Assembly: GCA_965223905.1 (NCBI GenBank)
Contig: CBDCXV010000001.1
Span: 1,184,001 to 1,248,000 of the forward strand
Source of the DNA: Candidatus Latescibacterota bacterium
Lineage (GTDB): Bacteria > Latescibacterota > UBA2968 > UBA8231
DNA length: 64,000 nt
Reading direction: 5' to 3'
Below, piece by piece: positions 48,214 through 59,056 of the stretch. The number at the start of each line of letters is the position of its first letter. The stretch's first letter is position 1. The position numbers and the translations under genes were made by a program. The notes under the pieces were generated by a model. The model ran no database searches. It was not told the origin of the DNA and saw nothing but the letters and a program-made list of their open reading frames with translations.

Positions 48214-50016
48214 CTAACCAAAAGGTATACGGTCGCCGTGCCAGGGAAAGGCACAGCTGGGTTTGTTGCAGTAGAGCTGCATGTCGATGTGTAGGTCCAG
48301 CTCGGTGCCGGGGAGCAGGCGGACCTGAAAGGTTTTGTCGTTCACCTCGACCGGCGTCTCCTCGCCTGATACCTCCACCCGACCGAAGCGATGCTCGCCA
48401 TACGAGCCGGCCTGCACGATGAGATCGCGCGCCGAGTGCACGCTCAAGTTCACGATCGACAGATCCACGCTCTCTGCATCAAGGCCGCTGACCAGGGCGG
48501 CCACGTCCTGCGGCAGGCCTGGTCGTTGCTGCTGAGCGTCAAAGTGGCGCAGGCGGCCCCGCGAAAGGCCGCCCCAGTATACGGCTTGGGGGCCGCCCGT
48601 GGTCAGATGCACCAGGGCTTCGTGCACGACGGGGTTGTGCTGCTGCCAGCGATGCGGGTCCGTGTAGTTCGTCATATCGGTCTCGTCCTCCAAGATACAC
48701 CGCACTCGCCGCCGGATCTCCTCGTAATTCGCCTGGAGGATGGCCTCGGGATATCCGGGACAGTCCCCGGCCAGAAAGCGAATCCAGGCCCGGTCGTCTT
48801 CTTGCATGGGGCCGCGCGAGGTGACGATTGCCCAGTCGTGACGGTCGCCCCGGCGCAGCCGTTCCAGCCTGTCCCAGTCCCTCTGCTCCATGGAGGCGGC
48901 CCACAGGTGGACGCATTCCTGGCTGCGAGGGGGGCCGTAGTCGGTCCATCCTTCTCCGCTTTTGTACCTCTGCGGTATGTGCAACTCGCCGTTCTCTTCC
49001 CGGGCATGTTCCAGCAGCATGTCGAGCTGCGAGCGGATCAGGTCCAGGTAGCGGGCTTCTCCGGTGATCAGATAGGCGCTTTCAGAGGCTATGGTCATGG
49101 CCGAGCCCATCATCAGGCGGGAACTGGTGGCGGACCAGCCATAGAACCCACCCCACCACTCGCCCTGGCGGGTCTCGCCGATAAGGCCGTTGGGGCCGAC
49201 ATTGTCCGGGATGATACCGTTGTTTTGCTCGATCCGTTCCATCCAGGCTTCGACGTATTCGACCACCCAATCGCGGTATTTGTCCTCGTGAGTGAGCAGA
49301 AAGGCATGGGCCACCATGGGCACGACTCCCAAGTTTATCGGGATGTCGGCGTTCATGACCACTTCGTCGAATCTGGCGTGGACCCAGGCGCGAACAGCCT
49401 CGTCCTCGTGCCATTTTGCGGGCAGCTCGAATCCGGTGCCCAGGGTGGTATGCCCGTGCTCGAGGTTGAAATACACATCGTCGAATCGGGCGTGGAAGAG
49501 CGGACCCTTGCTGCCACTGAAGGGCGAGCGGATGATGCGGTGCTCGGGATCGTAGTTGGGCGCCTCGGGATCCGCGCCCATGTAGAATCCGGCAAAGCGC
49601 CGGGCCCGGCGCATCATCTCGGCATTGGTCGGATTGGACAGGCCCAGGGCGTAGAAATAGATGTAGTTTTCGCTGTTGTGGAACCAGTCGTCGTCGTTGA
49701 CGAATTCCTTCGAAGCGCGGCCGTAGTGATAGGTGAGCTGGCGGGTGACGGCGTTCCACTCGTGAGTGGCCATCTCGCCGGTGTAGGCGCTGCCCCCGAG
49801 GGAGTAGTACGCCGGCCAGTTGATGAAAGACTCGTACAGATCGTCGGCCCAGACTCCGTCGCCGGGATACTCCTCGATCCAGATCAGGGTTCCGTCGGAG
49901 CGGGTGTACCGGTCGATGAAGATGGGGGTGGCTTGGTCCATGGTGTCGAACAGCCGGCGCTCCAGTACGGCCCAGGCAGGTGCCCGCGTGGGCGTGTGGC
50001 TCTGGATGATGGGCAT
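48214..50016 (-). CDS. Conserved hypothetical protein (probable alpha/alpha-barrel, carbohydrate-active-like)
   Basis: Intact ~600-aa ORF; 'DDLYESFINWP', 'DWFHNSE' and 'GIIPDNVGPNG..GE...WWGGFYGW'. Confidence 0.75.
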   Translation of the reverse strand: MPIIQSHTPTRAPAWAVLERRLFDTMDQATPIFIDRYTRSDGTLIWIEEYPGDGVWADDLYESFINWPAYYSLGGSAYTGEMATHEWNAVTRQLTYHYGRASKEFVNDDDWFHNSENYIYFYALGLSNPTNAEMMRRARRFAGFYMGADPEAPNYDPEHRIIRSPFSGSKGPLFHARFDDVYFNLEHGHTTLGTGFELPAKWHEDEAVRAWVHARFDEVVMNADIPINLGVVPMVAHAFLLTHEDKYRDWVVEYVEAWMERIEQNNGIIPDNVGPNGLIGETRQGEWWGGFYGWSATSSRLMMGSAMTIASESAYLITGEARYLDLIRSQLDMLLEHAREENGELHIPQRYKSGEGWTDYGPPRSQECVHLWAASMEQRDWDRLERLRRGDRHDWAIVTSRGPMQEDDRAWIRFLAGDCPGYPEAILQANYEEIRRRVRCILEDETDMTNYTDPHRWQQHNPVVHEALVHLTTGGPQAVYWGGLSRGRLRHFDAQQQRPGLPQDVAALVSGLDAESVDLSIVNLSVHSARDLIVQAGSYGEHRFGRVEVSGEETPVEVNDKTFQVRLLPGTELDLHIDMQLYCNKPSCAFPWHGDRIPFG

Positions 50017-50479
50017 ATCGGTTTTCCGGAATTTTGTCGCAGTGTTGTGAGACGATAATAGGTCAGGCGACGACGCGAGAGAGAAGTCTGGAGGACTTGT
50101 CAAATGAAACTGTGGATGGCGTGGTCTTCGGTCCGCTCGTTTTCAACACGACTCAGCTGCGACAAGGCGCAAGCCGGTTCCGGTGGAGGGGCCTTCGCCC
50201 ATCGCCTATGACCCGAACCCGAAGGTCTACGAGCGGCTCGGGGTCGAGCCCCCGCCGGCGCCGGAGCACAAGATGCCCCGAAAGACGGGCCCTGCTCGAA
50301 AGGACGCTGAACCCGGCCAAGGAGCGAGATTTCAAAGTTTTTCATCATGTACGTTAACATCGCCGCCGAATCGGGAGGTTACGGCGACCACCTCCACGAC
50401 GAGAAGAGCATGCGTGCCCGAGTCGCGCGGATGGTCGATACACTCGAGCATTTTCCCTGATCGACGGCGCGATCATGGA

Positions 50480-51105
50480 CGGTCCCCGCGACCCGTGCGT
50501 GTGAAGGTGCACGACTTCGTCATCCCCACCCAGGGTAAGGCGATTCCTTATGGGGTCTATGATCTGAGTCTCGAAGAAGGCTGGGGCAGTGGGGGGGGGG
50601 GCGATCACGACACGGCCCCTTTCGCGGTCAACGCGATCCGCAGCTGGTGGAAACACATGGCGTCCGGCCTACGGCGGTGCTTCGCACTTGGTAATCACGG
50701 CCAACGCAGGGGGCAGTAACGGCCCGAGACTCCGACGGTGGAAGTGGGAGTTGCAGCGCTTTGCGGATCGCACCGGACTGAAGATCACGGTATGCAACTA
50801 TCCTCCCGGCACCAGCAAATGAATGGAACCGCATTGAGCATCGCCTGTTCTCATATATCGCCAGGCGAGGCAAGCCCCTGGTCAGTCTGACCGCGGTGGT
50901 CCATCTGATCGCGCCACGAGAACGGACACCGGGCTTCGGGTGCGCTCCGAGAATCGACAAGCGATCCTATCCCAGAGGCGTGGGCGTCACGGATGAGCAA
51001 ATGGAGCATGTCAAGTTCTCGCGGCATGAGTTCCACGGAGATTGGAATTACACGATCAGACCGAAGACCGCACGCTGAGTGGACCATTTGTTTCGACAAT
51101 TCCTA
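50480..51105 (+). mobile_element. ISAzo13-family transposase remnant
   Basis: 'VKVHDF...GKAIPYGVYD', 'DHDTAPFAVNAIRSWW', 'ITANAGGSNG', 'YPPGTSK-WNRIEHRLFS' and 'EFHGDWNYTIRP'. Confidence 0.85.
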
Positions 51106-51560
51106 CGCCGGCACGGTGTTCCGCTCGGTCGAGACCCTGCGCGAGAGGAACTAGAACATCAGTGACCGCGACGCCCTGGAGGTCGCGCGGGCACTTTTGG
51201 GCATCGTGCTGCCGAATGTCGAGGGGATCGCAGACTTCGAGACCGCGCTGAACCCGGAGTTCTACACGCAGATCGTCACACTGGAGACGCGCCGGGGCCC
51301 TGGCTGCCGTCGACGATCCGGAGCGCATCGTGCCGTGGCTCGACACCGGTCCTTTTCCCCACGACGGCGATCCCATGTCCGCCAGGGCCTCAAGTTTGTT
51401 GTTGCGGGCGGCTGACGAGGGCGGGCTCGAGCGCTTCCTCTACCACCACCCAAGGCAATTTGACGGCCGGCGAATGGGTAGTGATCAGCGATCTGTGCGG
51501 GACCGCGCTGGAATCCGCGAGCCAGCGACTTCCCGACATGCTGGTTCTTTGATTCAATAA

Positions 51561-51884
51561 TGATTCTCTCGTAAAAACCCTACGTCGCTCAGAATGCCCG
51601 GTTTGTCATACAACATATAGTGCATGCGTTGTCTTCGTTGGCCAATATATAGTGGCGCTCTAATGTGCTGAATCGCTGAACATCCTCAAAATGGGGTTTA
51701 TACGAAGGAGTCAATAATGATTCTCTCGTAAAAACCTGCACCGTCCATAATGGCCGATGTTGTGATGCATCATATGGTATAGATGCTGGTCTATCAACCA
51801 CAACATGTAGTAGATCTCTAGTGTGCTAAATCGCTGAATTTTCCTGAAATTTTTTCCTGAAATGGGGTTTCTACGAGGGAGTCA
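51561..51884. mobile_element. Two tandem AT-rich MITE-like units (51561-51713 and 51718-51884)
   Basis: Each starts TGATTCTCTCGTAAAAACC and ends GGGTTT(A/C)TACGA(A/G)GGAGTCA (imperfect TIR). Flanked and separated by ATAA, ATAA and GTAA. Confidence 0.75.
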
Positions 51885-53433
51885 GTAATGCCTTGTCGAG
51901 CGTCGGATAGAACGGCAGCGGTTTGTCGTTCGGATGAACTCCCGTGATCTCGTCCCCCTTCCAGGCGAACTCATAGGTATCGCCAGCCGGCATGGTCTCG
52001 GATGTGCGCCTGGTCGGCAGTCCGTGTTGCAGGACGACTTCACAGCCAGATCGCAACCGATCCCGAGGCAAATACGCAAATGTCCCGATCTTCTTTAGCT
52101 CTGCCTCACGTCCGTCAACAGACAGTCGCACCGACTCGGGGGGTGCCCAGCCGGGGATGCGCAGGAAGAGGTTGTCCTCTATTCTGGGAATGATCGTGAC
52201 CCTCGCTTGGTCGTCACGGTGCACGGCAACCTGCACGTCGGCCTCTTCATAGTCGAAATGCATGTTGACGAACAAGCCGGCCTGCTCGCGGGAACAAACG
52301 TGCTCATAAATGGCACTCATCGTGTGCACGATCTCTGCCGTGCCGCTCGGATTGAACCCCTTGCCGGCATGGGGATAGCTATTCCCTCCCCAGCCGCCTA
52401 TGGCCTTTTGCGAAATCTCCACATCCGGGTTGTCGCGAACATCAGCTTCGGTCGTCTGCCCCGGAAAGAGGCGCGCCCGCACCAGTCGCTCCACGTCGTC
52501 GTAGCACCCGGTCCTCCCCGTGTGCGCGAGCCACAACGACAGTCGTGCTGCCGCGCCCGTCGATTCGGTGTTGGCCAGCGGATTTCCCGTCTTGTCGGGA
52601 AACCTCAGTACCCCCAGGTCGTGAGCTACCCAACCGCTTTCGTTGACGATATCGGGAACACCAACCTCGTAAGTGCGCACCACGGCGTCGACATACTTCG
52701 ACTGATGGGTCATGCTGCCGAGCAGTAGCAGACCACACAGTGTGTACAGGTAGGACTGGCGGTCACCGGGGGTTTTGTTCTTGAGATCATCGGGAATCGT
52801 GCCGTCGGGATTCGTGGCGTAGGTGAGGTGGAAGCGGGCCAAGTCCTCGGCCAGCTCCATGGCCAGCGAGTCGCCTGTCGCCTCGTAAAACCACATCAGT
52901 GCCTCAATGCAGCGCCCGTGCTGGACGATCAACGGGAAGCGGTCCTCGTTGGACGGCGTATGTCCCGGATGCTCATTCTCTCCGCCGGTGAAGAGCTTCT
53001 TATACTCGAACTGGTCGAAGTCCCAGGTGAAATCTGGTTTGAGGCCGCGGCGAATCGATTCCAGGTACTTGTGACCGGCCTTTGGCACCCAGGTGTTGTT
53101 GCGGTACTTGGCGAGTGCGGCGAACGCCAAGATACCCTCGCGCAGACTGTGGAGCTCGAATTTAAGCGGCTGCCAGTCCAGTCCCGGCGGCACCCAGAGC
53201 AGTCCATCGGGATTGTCCGTGAGCCAGTAAAGATTGCGCAGGTTTGCCCCTTCCATGTGACCGGGGATGGAAAACCCGGTGGCGTGTTCGAGGCGCAGCA
53301 TGGCGTCCCACCACCGGCCCAGATCGTGCGTGATCGCCCAGCTTCCCGTGGGCAGATAGTCCCGCTCGGGATCGAGCCAGCCCAGCAGATGCCGGCCACC
53401 CAGCTCCATCGAATCCTTCAGCTTCATAGTCAT
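51871..53433 (-). CDS. Hypothetical protein, GH127/GH146-like (alpha/alpha) barrel plus beta-sandwich
   Basis: 'GRWWDAML', 'YDDVERLVRARL', 'GLFVNMHF' and 'LFLRIPGWA'. The stop codon lies inside the MITE end. Confidence 0.6.
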   Translation of the reverse strand: MTMKLKDSMELGGRHLLGWLDPERDYLPTGSWAITHDLGRWWDAMLRLEHATGFSIPGHMEGANLRNLYWLTDNPDGLLWVPPGLDWQPLKFELHSLREGILAFAALAKYRNNTWVPKAGHKYLESIRRGLKPDFTWDFDQFEYKKLFTGGENEHPGHTPSNEDRFPLIVQHGRCIEALMWFYEATGDSLAMELAEDLARFHLTYATNPDGTIPDDLKNKTPGDRQSYLYTLCGLLLLGSMTHQSKYVDAVVRTYEVGVPDIVNESGWVAHDLGVLRFPDKTGNPLANTESTGAAARLSLWLAHTGRTGCYDDVERLVRARLFPGQTTEADVRDNPDVEISQKAIGGWGGNSYPHAGKGFNPSGTAEIVHTMSAIYEHVCSREQAGLFVNMHFDYEEADVQVAVHRDDQARVTIIPRIEDNLFLRIPGWAPPESVRLSVDGREAELKKIGTFAYLPRDRLRSGCEVVLQHGLPTRRTSETMPAGDTYEFAWKGDEITGVHPNDKPLPFYPTLDKALLTPS

Positions 53434-53594
53434 CTACCTCCGCAAAGTGTGCGTCGGTCGGGAGTACGTGGCTGTCTCGGTCGCGGTCAAATCAGTATAG
53501 GTTGCGATCCCCGCGGCCGACAGCTCGGGGTCGCTGGCGGACTGCGGCATGCAGCACGATATTGACGCGCCCAACTCTGGAGAGGACGATCTCA

Positions 53595-54515
53595 ATGGCA
53601 GAGCTGAAGGAGCGACGCCTGGGTCACACGGAGATGCGCCCGAAAGGACTGGGCATGGGCGGCGCCTGGTGGTCGGCGCATCCTGCTCGTGAAACCATCG
53701 CCGCCATCGAACGCGCCGTGGAGCTGGGAATCGACTTCTTCGATACGTATCCCGGCGAAGGCGAAGAGCGCTGGGGTGAGGGGCTTTCAGGCGGAAAGAG
53801 GGAGTTCGTGTACCTTCAGGGGAAGGTCAGCAGCGCCGTTGCGAATGACCAGACGTCCGATCACTCCGCCGCCAGGACTCGCAGCAGCGTCGAGGCGAGT
53901 CTCAGGCAGTTGCGCACGGACCACCTCGATTCCTGTCTCATCCACGGCTACGATCGGCCGGAGCAGCTCGATGAGGACGGCTTCATCGATCCCCTGGGTC
54001 CTGGCAACGCCCTCGATGAACTCATCAAAATGCGAGACGAGGGGCTCATCAGGCACATCGGCATCGGTGCCCGTCATGCCGACGTCATCAACAGGGCAAC
54101 GGCGACGGGAGAGATCGAAATCGTGCTGACTTATATGGAGTACAACCTGTTGACCCAGGCAGCGGCCGACAGCTTCTTCCCCCAGTGCCGCGAGCGCGAC
54201 GTGGGCGTCATTCTCGCCAGTCCTCATGGCATGGGAATTCTCACGGGCGCCGAGCCCGATGACGCGAGGGCGCGTCGCATGATCCCCGGCACGGAGCTGA
54301 GGGCCCATGCCATGTGGAAGTGGTGCAGAGATCGCGGTGTCAACATCCGTCACTTGGCGATCCAGTTCTGCATGGCCGCACCCGCCGTCGACAGCATCGT
54401 TCTGCCCGGGCCGGCGTCGGTACAGCAGCTCAAGGAGGCCTACGAGGCCGGCACCGCCGATATTCCCGCGGAGGTTTGGCGCGACTTCGAAGCCGAGTTC
54501 GGCGTCGGCGTGTAG
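53595..54515 (+). CDS. Aldo/keto reductase
   Basis: 'RRLGHT', 'GIDFFDT', 'SLRQLRTDHLD...IH' and 'GLIRHIGIG'. Confidence 0.9.
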   Translation: MAELKERRLGHTEMRPKGLGMGGAWWSAHPARETIAAIERAVELGIDFFDTYPGEGEERWGEGLSGGKREFVYLQGKVSSAVANDQTSDHSAARTRSSVEASLRQLRTDHLDSCLIHGYDRPEQLDEDGFIDPLGPGNALDELIKMRDEGLIRHIGIGARHADVINRATATGEIEIVLTYMEYNLLTQAAADSFFPQCRERDVGVILASPHGMGILTGAEPDDARARRMIPGTELRAHAMWKWCRDRGVNIRHLAIQFCMAAPAVDSIVLPGPASVQQLKEAYEAGTADIPAEVWRDFEAEFGVGV

Positions 54516-54536
54516 CCCCCGCGTCAGGTCGTCTTC

Positions 54537-56462
54537 CTAATCGGAGCGCCTCGCTGCCCAGTCCTTGCGCAGGGCAAAGACGCGTTCGTCCCAGATGTGC
54601 ACGTTCTGTCGTTCGGACCAGTGGGCTCCGCCGACGACGAGTAACCTGCCGTTCAATACCCCGGCCCCTCCCCAGGAATTCTCCTTCGGCAAATCGGGTC
54701 CCGACCGCCACACCCTTTCGTCGGGCGAATACCGCCAACTCTCACGCGTTTTGTGATCGCCCAGTGCCCACACCTCGCCCTCGTAAGCGGCGACATACGA
54801 GGTCACTGGAAGATGGGATGGTTCCGGGAGCTCCTCCCACTCGCCCCGCTCTGGATCGAGAGCGAAGAACCCTTGCCCGCCGATGACGTAGATGACCTCA
54901 TTCAAAACACATCCGGCGAATTGGCGTATCGGTCGGGGCAACTCGGGCCCGAAACGCCACACTCTCTCACCGGGTCCAATGGTCTCCACGCTGGCGAGGG
55001 CTTCCTCGCCCAGGCCCCGATGTGCACCGCCGATGGCGAACACCCTTCCCTTCGCGGTCAGCGCCACGACTTCCGTGCGAGGCGTGTTGAGTCGGGGCCC
55101 TGACCGCCAACGGCCGGTCGCCGGGTCGAAAATGGCCACCTCGTCCAGGGGGACGAGGTCATACGTCCCCTCCCGGTCCGCCAGATCGGCTCTTCCGCCA
55201 ATCGCCCAGATTTCCCCTTCAAACACCGTGAGGCCGTTGTGGCACAGAGGGGCCGGCATCCGCGACACGACGCTCCATGAGTTGGTCGTGGGATCGTAGC
55301 CCAAGAGTTCATCGAAGATGCGTCGCTCTGCGGGGAATCCCCATCCCACCGTCAGCCCACCGGCGACGTAGAGATAATCGTCCAGTTCCACCGCTACGAT
55401 GTCATGGTTTCCACCGGGTAGTGGAGCGACCGACTCCCAATGCCGTTGCCAGGCATTGAGCGCCGGCTCCAACCGCATGAGCCGGGTACCGGACGCGAAC
55501 CAGACGCCACCCAAAGGATCGCAGTGGATGAGCTCGATCGCCCCGGAGGACCCGGGTTCCAGGAGAGTGCGCGTGAAAAGGACATTCGCGGTATCGGCGT
55601 CGAGCTCTACCATGGCTCCCGTGTCGAATCCTGCCAGCGCCATGTCAGTGGGAGATCGCGAAAGGGTCGTGATCGTTCCCGGAAGGTCCTCGGTACCGGT
55701 GGGAACGTGCCATCCCTCGGTCGGCGAGAGAGGATCCAGTCGTCGCAAACTCTCGTCTCCCACCGCCCAGAAAAAACCCTCCGCATCGGCACTCAACAGT
55801 CGCCACCCTTCACCCTCGGGTTGTGGCTCTACCCGTTGCCACGCTTGCGGCGCGTTCGCCGTCCGGATGACGAGATGGGTCGTACCGTCGGCGCCTTCGA
55901 CGATCCCCCAATGGTTGTCGTACATGTCGTGGTCCAACGGGATCGCACGGCGACCCCCCGTCAAACCGCTGGGGACATCCGCATAGACAGCGTTCGATTC
56001 CCGAAAACGCTCACAGCCTTCCATCCACACGCTACCGTCCCGGCTGCCGGCCAGGCGACGGGTGAAATCTGAGGTGCAGCCGAACTGTTCCGTGACATCG
56101 GCGATTGCCCACCCCTCTGCCAGATCGAGTTGAAGTACCAATGATCCGCGCGCGATGAACAGCTTTTCATCGCGACTGAGCGCCAAGCCACTCACGTCAC
56201 CCGCGATGACACGTCGCAACCGTGCGCCTTCGACGACGAACAGACCGCCGGCCTGTGTGGGAATGGCCGCGAACAGTCTGCCGTGACGATCGCTACCGAG
56301 TGCCACCGGAGCGACCGGCAGATCGACTACGTGGCGTATGACTCGGTCGATATCTCGATTCGAGTCGCGAGAATTGCGCGGTGCGCCCAGCTCCTGTGAT
56401 CCGTCAACCGAGAGCTGAAGCGCGAGCAGGCTTGCCCATACTGTCATTGTCATCATGCGCAT
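54537..56462 (-). CDS. Secreted Kelch-repeat protein with N-terminal beta-propeller
   Basis: C-terminal Kelch repeats (LYVAGG, IWAIGG, VFAIGG, IYVIGG, LLVVGG); N-terminal 'DxxGxxW' propeller blades. Confidence 0.85.
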   Translation of the reverse strand: MRMMTMTVWASLLALQLSVDGSQELGAPRNSRDSNRDIDRVIRHVVDLPVAPVALGSDRHGRLFAAIPTQAGGLFVVEGARLRRVIAGDVSGLALSRDEKLFIARGSLVLQLDLAEGWAIADVTEQFGCTSDFTRRLAGSRDGSVWMEGCERFRESNAVYADVPSGLTGGRRAIPLDHDMYDNHWGIVEGADGTTHLVIRTANAPQAWQRVEPQPEGEGWRLLSADAEGFFWAVGDESLRRLDPLSPTEGWHVPTGTEDLPGTITTLSRSPTDMALAGFDTGAMVELDADTANVLFTRTLLEPGSSGAIELIHCDPLGGVWFASGTRLMRLEPALNAWQRHWESVAPLPGGNHDIVAVELDDYLYVAGGLTVGWGFPAERRIFDELLGYDPTTNSWSVVSRMPAPLCHNGLTVFEGEIWAIGGRADLADREGTYDLVPLDEVAIFDPATGRWRSGPRLNTPRTEVVALTAKGRVFAIGGAHRGLGEEALASVETIGPGERVWRFGPELPRPIRQFAGCVLNEVIYVIGGQGFFALDPERGEWEELPEPSHLPVTSYVAAYEGEVWALGDHKTRESWRYSPDERVWRSGPDLPKENSWGGAGVLNGRLLVVGGAHWSERQNVHIWDERVFALRKDWAARRSD

Positions 56463-56477
56463 TTGCTGAAAAATCTC

Positions 56478-56999
56478 CAGTAGTGTCCCGTTGTTGGCTG
56501 AGGATTTTTTCGTAAGGCATTAATTTCGTTGATGTTACAGCATTTATAAGTGGAATAGACTTGAAATCGTCTCGTTATTTGGGCCCTCCCCTCCTCGGCA
56601 ATTCACAAGGAAAGGCCCATGTACAGCGGACGCTTCGTCTTTTCCCAGCTCATGGAATTTTTTCCGTTGCGCGCCTTCCGACAGTGGAGTTGTTCTTCAA
56701 GTGGATCAAGCAGCACCTGCGGATCAAGGCATTTTTCGGTACCTCCGAAAACGCGGTAAAGACCCAGATCTGGATCGCCATCAGCATGTACGTGCTCGTG
56801 GCCATCGTCAAGAAGCAGCTTCACGTCAACCGCCGTCTCTCCGAAATCCAGCAAATTCTCACCGTTTCACTTTTCGAGAAAGTTGATATTTTACAAGTAC
56901 TTACGAAAACACATCTCCAAAACGAATCAGAGCACTTGTAACCAGTTGAATTTATTCGACTCCGGGGTATCCACCTAACCGGACTAACGGAAAACACTG
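56478..56999 (+). mobile_element. Internally deleted IS4-family element (DUF4372-type)
   Basis: N-terminus MYSGRFVFSQLMEF is joined to C-terminal ELFFKWIKQHLRIKAFFGTSENAVKTQIWIAI; left end CAGTAGTGTCCCG. The right end is approximate. Confidence 0.8.
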
Positions 57000-57739
57000 C
57001 CCCGTTGGGAGATAAACGGTACGACCGAACAGGGGATTGCCCAGTAAAGTGGATCGCTACGCGCTGAACCGCGCCGAGGCAAGTTCCAGGGATGTAGAAT
57101 CCGGCATTGTCGCGCGGCGTACCGAGCCATTGGTAGCGGTCGGCCTGTGGTCACCGACGCTCAACCCGGTTGTCCCGAAGCGGTCCGGTTGCATGGATAC
57201 CCCTAATTCGACTAATAACGGAACACTACTGGAAAAATCTGATTGGTTGTCTTTCCGATGGAAAAGAAAGCCTGAGGCAGTTTGAGACTTCGTCAACGCC
57301 TCAATACGCAGTCCGAGCGATTCTGACCGCTGATCGTGATCTCGACAGGCTCCATCGCGGCCTGTATCATCCTCTCCACCGGCTCGGTTCCAGATCTCGT
57401 GAAATGTCACGGACAGCTGCAAGCATTCAGACCGGTTCGAGCGTCTCAACGTGTGGATCCGGGGAGACTTGAGCGCGGGCATCTGGAGGCACCAGTTGCG
57501 GAGCCTGTCTGAATGCGTGTGTGAGGCAGGGCAGCGACAAACCAAATGAAGGGTATCGAATCCAGGATTCGATAAGGCAGATGCTGCTCGGCGCAAATCC
57601 TTGCCCATAAAGTCGCCGATCCATCCCGACCCGCGGCGCTCCCTCGCCGCATCCACTGATACGACTCGCTCATGCGCCTTGCGAGCCGGGCGCCTCGGGG
57701 GCCGAATATGGTCAGATCTATTTCTTCTGAGACAGGACA

Positions 57740-58975
57740 CTAACCGCCCTCCATGGACTGAATGCTGTAGTAGCCGGCGTAGAACTCCCGGCTCCGGTCG
57801 CGCACCCAGGTGCGGTCCCGGGCCTGCTCCCCGAACCTGAGCAGCCCGAACTCCTCCAGCTCCTCGCCGGGCTTGCCACCGGTGGCCCACTCGGCGAGCC
57901 AGCGGCCGATAGCAACCGATCCGGCGATGCCGACCGCGGCGCATCCCGAGGCGACGATCAGCCCTTCGGCCCCCGGCACTGGCCCGATGAGGTAGCGGCC
58001 GTCCGGGGCGAAGGTGGTGATTCCCTGCCGGTACTCGGCGATCTCGAGGTCGCCGAGCACCGGAAAGCAGGGGACCAGCCTTCGCCGGGCCTCGGCGATG
58101 GTGGCCAGCGGATCGTCGACGTCGCTGCTGCGGAAGCCGGCGGGAAGCCCGTCGAGGTCTATGAGGTGGGGCTCCGGCTCGAAGAAGCCGTACAGGTACC
58201 CGCCTTGGTCGGGGCGCAGGTAGCAGCTGACGTCGGTGACGCGGACCACGGGATGGTCCTCCGGGATGCCGCCGACCGGCACGGTGCGGGCACGCTGGTG
58301 GCGAATCGTCTGCATCGGCAGCTCGACCCCGGCGAGCCGGGCGATTCTCCCGGTCCAGGGGCCGCAGGCGACGATCACCCGCTCCGCGGCCCGCGGTCCG
58401 CTGTCGGTGCTCACGCCGCTCACGCTGCCGTTTTCCACCGCGAGGCCGGTCACCTCGACCCCGCATTCGATTTCGACGCCCCCTTCCCGCGCCGCGGCGG
58501 CGTAGGCGAGGGCGCACTGGCGCGCGTCGACGTACCCGTCCCCCTCGACGAACAGCCCCCCAGGCAGCCGCTCGACCTCCATCTCCGGGCACATCCTCTT
58601 CATCTCGCCGCGGCCGGCGATTTCCGCCCGCACCCCGGTTCTGTCGGCGAGATCGATCAGCCTCCGGTACGCCTCCATGCGCTCCTCGGTGAGGGCGGCC
58701 ATCAGGCTGCCGGGCCGCCGCAGGCCGGGGTCGTGGCCGGTTTCCCCGGCGAAGCCGTCGAGCAGGTCGAGGGCGTAGCGTATGGCGGAACACATGGTCG
58801 GCGAAGAGCGTATCTGCCCGACGAGGCCGGCGGCCCTGGGGGTGGTTTCGTCGGCGAGGTCGGCGTTGCGCTCCAGCAGGCGCACGCTGCCGGCGCCGCG
58901 GGCGGCGAGATGGTAGGCGGTGCTCAAGCCCCAGATGCCGCCGCCGACCACGAGGAAATCAGAAGTTCTGCTCAT
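57740..58975 (-). CDS. FAD-dependent oxidoreductase (DAO; sarcosine/dimethylglycine dehydrogenase-like N-terminal type)
   Basis: 'VVGGGIWGLSTAYHLA', 'TTPRAAG' and 'TFAPDGRYLIG'. Confidence 0.88.
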   Translation of the reverse strand: MSRTSDFLVVGGGIWGLSTAYHLAARGAGSVRLLERNADLADETTPRAAGLVGQIRSSPTMCSAIRYALDLLDGFAGETGHDPGLRRPGSLMAALTEERMEAYRRLIDLADRTGVRAEIAGRGEMKRMCPEMEVERLPGGLFVEGDGYVDARQCALAYAAAAREGGVEIECGVEVTGLAVENGSVSGVSTDSGPRAAERVIVACGPWTGRIARLAGVELPMQTIRHQRARTVPVGGIPEDHPVVRVTDVSCYLRPDQGGYLYGFFEPEPHLIDLDGLPAGFRSSDVDDPLATIAEARRRLVPCFPVLGDLEIAEYRQGITTFAPDGRYLIGPVPGAEGLIVASGCAAVGIAGSVAIGRWLAEWATGGKPGEELEEFGLLRFGEQARDRTWVRDRSREFYAGYYSIQSMEGG

Positions 58976-59056
58976 ATCGAGCCCTTTTTGATCAGACCTG
59001 GCAAAATGGTAAATGACGAGTGGTTTCAGGAGATGGAACTGCCGAAAGCAAAACCC

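Noticed and set aside
51557-51890. CRISPR array
   Set aside because: Only two ~160-bp units, with inverted termini and mutually similar interiors; no 30-40 bp unique spacers and no cas genes.
57000-57735. Possible ncRNA or gene in the long intergenic gap
   Set aside because: Only short broken coding-like fragments; no recognisable RNA motif.
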